NCBI RefSeq assembly: GCF_018350175.1 | Contig: NC_058368.1 | Coordinates: 44,518,001 to 44,582,000 of the forward strand | Direction: 5' to 3' | Length of the DNA stretch: 64,000 nt | From: Felis catus | Lineage: Eukaryota | Translations under genes and position numbers: made by a program | Part shown: positions 62,241 to 64,000 of the stretch, piece after piece | How the letters are laid out: every line of letters begins with the position of its first letter | How positions within the stretch are numbered: the stretch's first letter is position 1 | Notes under the pieces: model-generated | Databases searched by the model: none | Told to the model about the DNA's origin: nothing | Seen by the model: the letters and a program-made list of their open reading frames with translations, nothing else

Positions 62241-64000
62241 ACCCCTATTGACTTTCTTGTCGACACCGGAGCCCAACATTCGGTCCTCCGCACCCCACAA
62301 GGAAAACTAGCTAGCAAGAAGTCCTGGGTACAAGGGGCAACTGGTATGAGCCAGTATTCATGGACTACCCGAAGAACAGTAGATTTGGGAACGGGCCGGG
62401 TATCCCACTCCTTTATGGTAATACCAGAATGCCCCTACCCGCTGTTAGGACGGGACTTACTGACCAAGATTGGAGCTCAGATAACTTTCAGACAAGGGGG
62501 GCCTCAGGTCACCGATGGCAAGGGCCACCCCATCCAGGTCCTGACCATGAAACTGGAGGATGAATACCTCCTCCACCAGGAGGCGCTCCCGAGAGAGGAT
62601 AATATAGACAGATGGCTACAAGAATTCCCCTCAGTTTGGGCAGAGACAGGGGGGATGGGACTAGCCGCTCATAGGACCCCAGTCCTGGTAGAGCTCAAGC
62701 CAGGAGAGAGTCCGGTAAGGATCAAACAATACCCCATGTCTCAGGAGGCCTGGAAGGGGATCCAGCCACACATCCGGAGACTACGAAGCCTAGGGGTACT
62801 AGTTCCTTGCCAGTCTGCCTGGAACACCCCCCTACTGCCGGTCAAAAAGCCTCACACAAATGACTACCGACCGGTACAAGACCTCCGGGAAGTAAATAAG
62901 AGGGTCGTGGACATACACCCAACTGTTCCCAACCCATATACTCTCTTGAGCTCCTTAGCGCCCTCCAGGGTCTGGTATACTGTACTAGATTTAAAGGACG
63001 CCTTCTTCAGTCTGCCGCTGGCACCCCAGAGCCAACCCTTGTTCGCCTTCGAGTGGCATGATCCGGAGGAGGGCTACAGTGGACAACTCACCTGGACACG
63101 GCTACCTCAGGGATTCAAAAATTCACCCACCATCTTCGACAAGGCACTACACGAGGACCTGGGTGAGTACAGAAGGGAGCACCCTGGCCTCACCCTTCTA
63201 CAGTATGTAGATGACATCCTGATTGCTGCCGACACTGCCAAAGACTGTGAGCGAGGGACCCAGGACCTGCTGGCTACCCTGGGGGCCTTAGGATACCGGG
63301 CATCCGCGAAGAAGGCTCAGATATGCAGGGAGAGGATCCACCAACAGGACACCAAAATAGAGCAAGTTGTATCTGCCTGCAAGACCTGCCAACTCACCAA
63401 CGCGAGGGCCACATCAAATAAAAAAAAGGAACCAGGCTCAGAGGCACCAGATCGGGAGCCCAATGGGAAGTCGACTTCATTGAAGTCAAACCAGGAAAGT
63501 ATGGTTTTAAATATCTTTTAGTATTTACAGACACCTTCTCTGGCTGGGTGGAGGCATACCCAACCAAGCATGAAACGGCTCAGACGGTGGCTAAGAAGCT
63601 ACTAGAAGACATCTTACCCAGGTATGGTTTTCCTGCCCTGGTAGGATCAGACAATGGACCAGCTTTTATCTCGCAGGTAACACAGGCAGTAGCCAAGGCG
63701 GTGGGGGCAAACTGGAAATTACATTGTGCTTATAGGCCCCAGAGCTCAGGACAAGTAGAAAGAATGAATAGAACCCTAAAAGAGACCCTTACCAAATTAA
63801 CCATGGAGACTGGCGGGGACTGGGTGACTCTCCTACCGTACGCCCTTTATTGGGTTAGAAACACTCCTTACACTCTGGGTTTTACTCCCTATGAGATCAT
63901 GTTTGGCAGGCCACCCCCTGTTATTCCCAGCCTTTGAGCTGAACTTATTGCTGAGTTTAAAGATCAAGAACTTTTTCTTTCCTTGAGCGGGCTCCAGAGG
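62184..64000 (+). pseudogene. pol: pro-pol, defective: PR and RT fingers/palm present, large internal deletion, IN frameshift and nonsense codon
   Basis: LVDTGA (DTG 62262-62270), [13 protein letters not shown] (63204-63215); jump from KKAQICRER to the IN CxxC region at about 63335; A8 run 63420-63427 frameshift; WEVDF...SDNG-35-E; TGA at 63935-63937. Confidence 0.95.

Larger units (their letters stand above)
59672..64000 (+). mobile_element. Gammaretrovirus-like (ERV1 class) endogenous provirus, defective, continues beyond the window
   Basis: LTR, PBS-Pro, gag, UAG read-through, pro (DTG), RT (YVDD) and IN (D,D35E) in canonical order; abrupt rise in GC and CpG content. Confidence 0.98.

Noticed and set aside
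59921..62563. Alternate-frame and antisense ORFs within the provirus
   Set aside because: Short, no recognisable motifs, and expected by chance in GC-rich coding DNA.
63937..64000. env gene or 3' LTR
   Set aside because: The window ends inside integrase, so presence or absence of env cannot be judged.

Overview
AT-rich mammalian genomic DNA, almost certainly felid: it carries dozens of tRNA-derived carnivore SINEs of the SINEC_Fc type and a cat-type L1 3' end. I found no confidently identifiable host gene, RNA gene or prokaryotic-type system. About 59.6 kb is intergenic or intronic sequence with Can-SINEs, L1 fragments, old LTR and DNA transposon remnants and microsatellites. The standout feature is a young-looking but defective gammaretrovirus-like provirus on the + strand, from 59672 to the window end. 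It has a 439-bp 5' LTR with a 3x49-bp U3 repeat, a perfect tRNA-Pro PBS, GACG-tetraloop packaging hairpins and a glycoGag-like transmembrane leader. Its gag has one frameshift and is followed by a UAG read-through pseudoknot, then pro and RT. A clean in-frame deletion fuses mid-RT to the integrase zinc-finger, which may reflect a spliced, re-integrated RNA, and the integrase has a frameshift and a nonsense codon. Secondary points are a deleted ERVL/MLT2 provirus with an intact 5-bp TSD and dUTPase remnant, a 5'-micro-inverted L1, and an unexplained coding-like island at about 31.2-31.5 kb. Repeat family names come from remembered consensus similarity, not a database search, and repeat boundaries are approximate unless TSDs are quoted.
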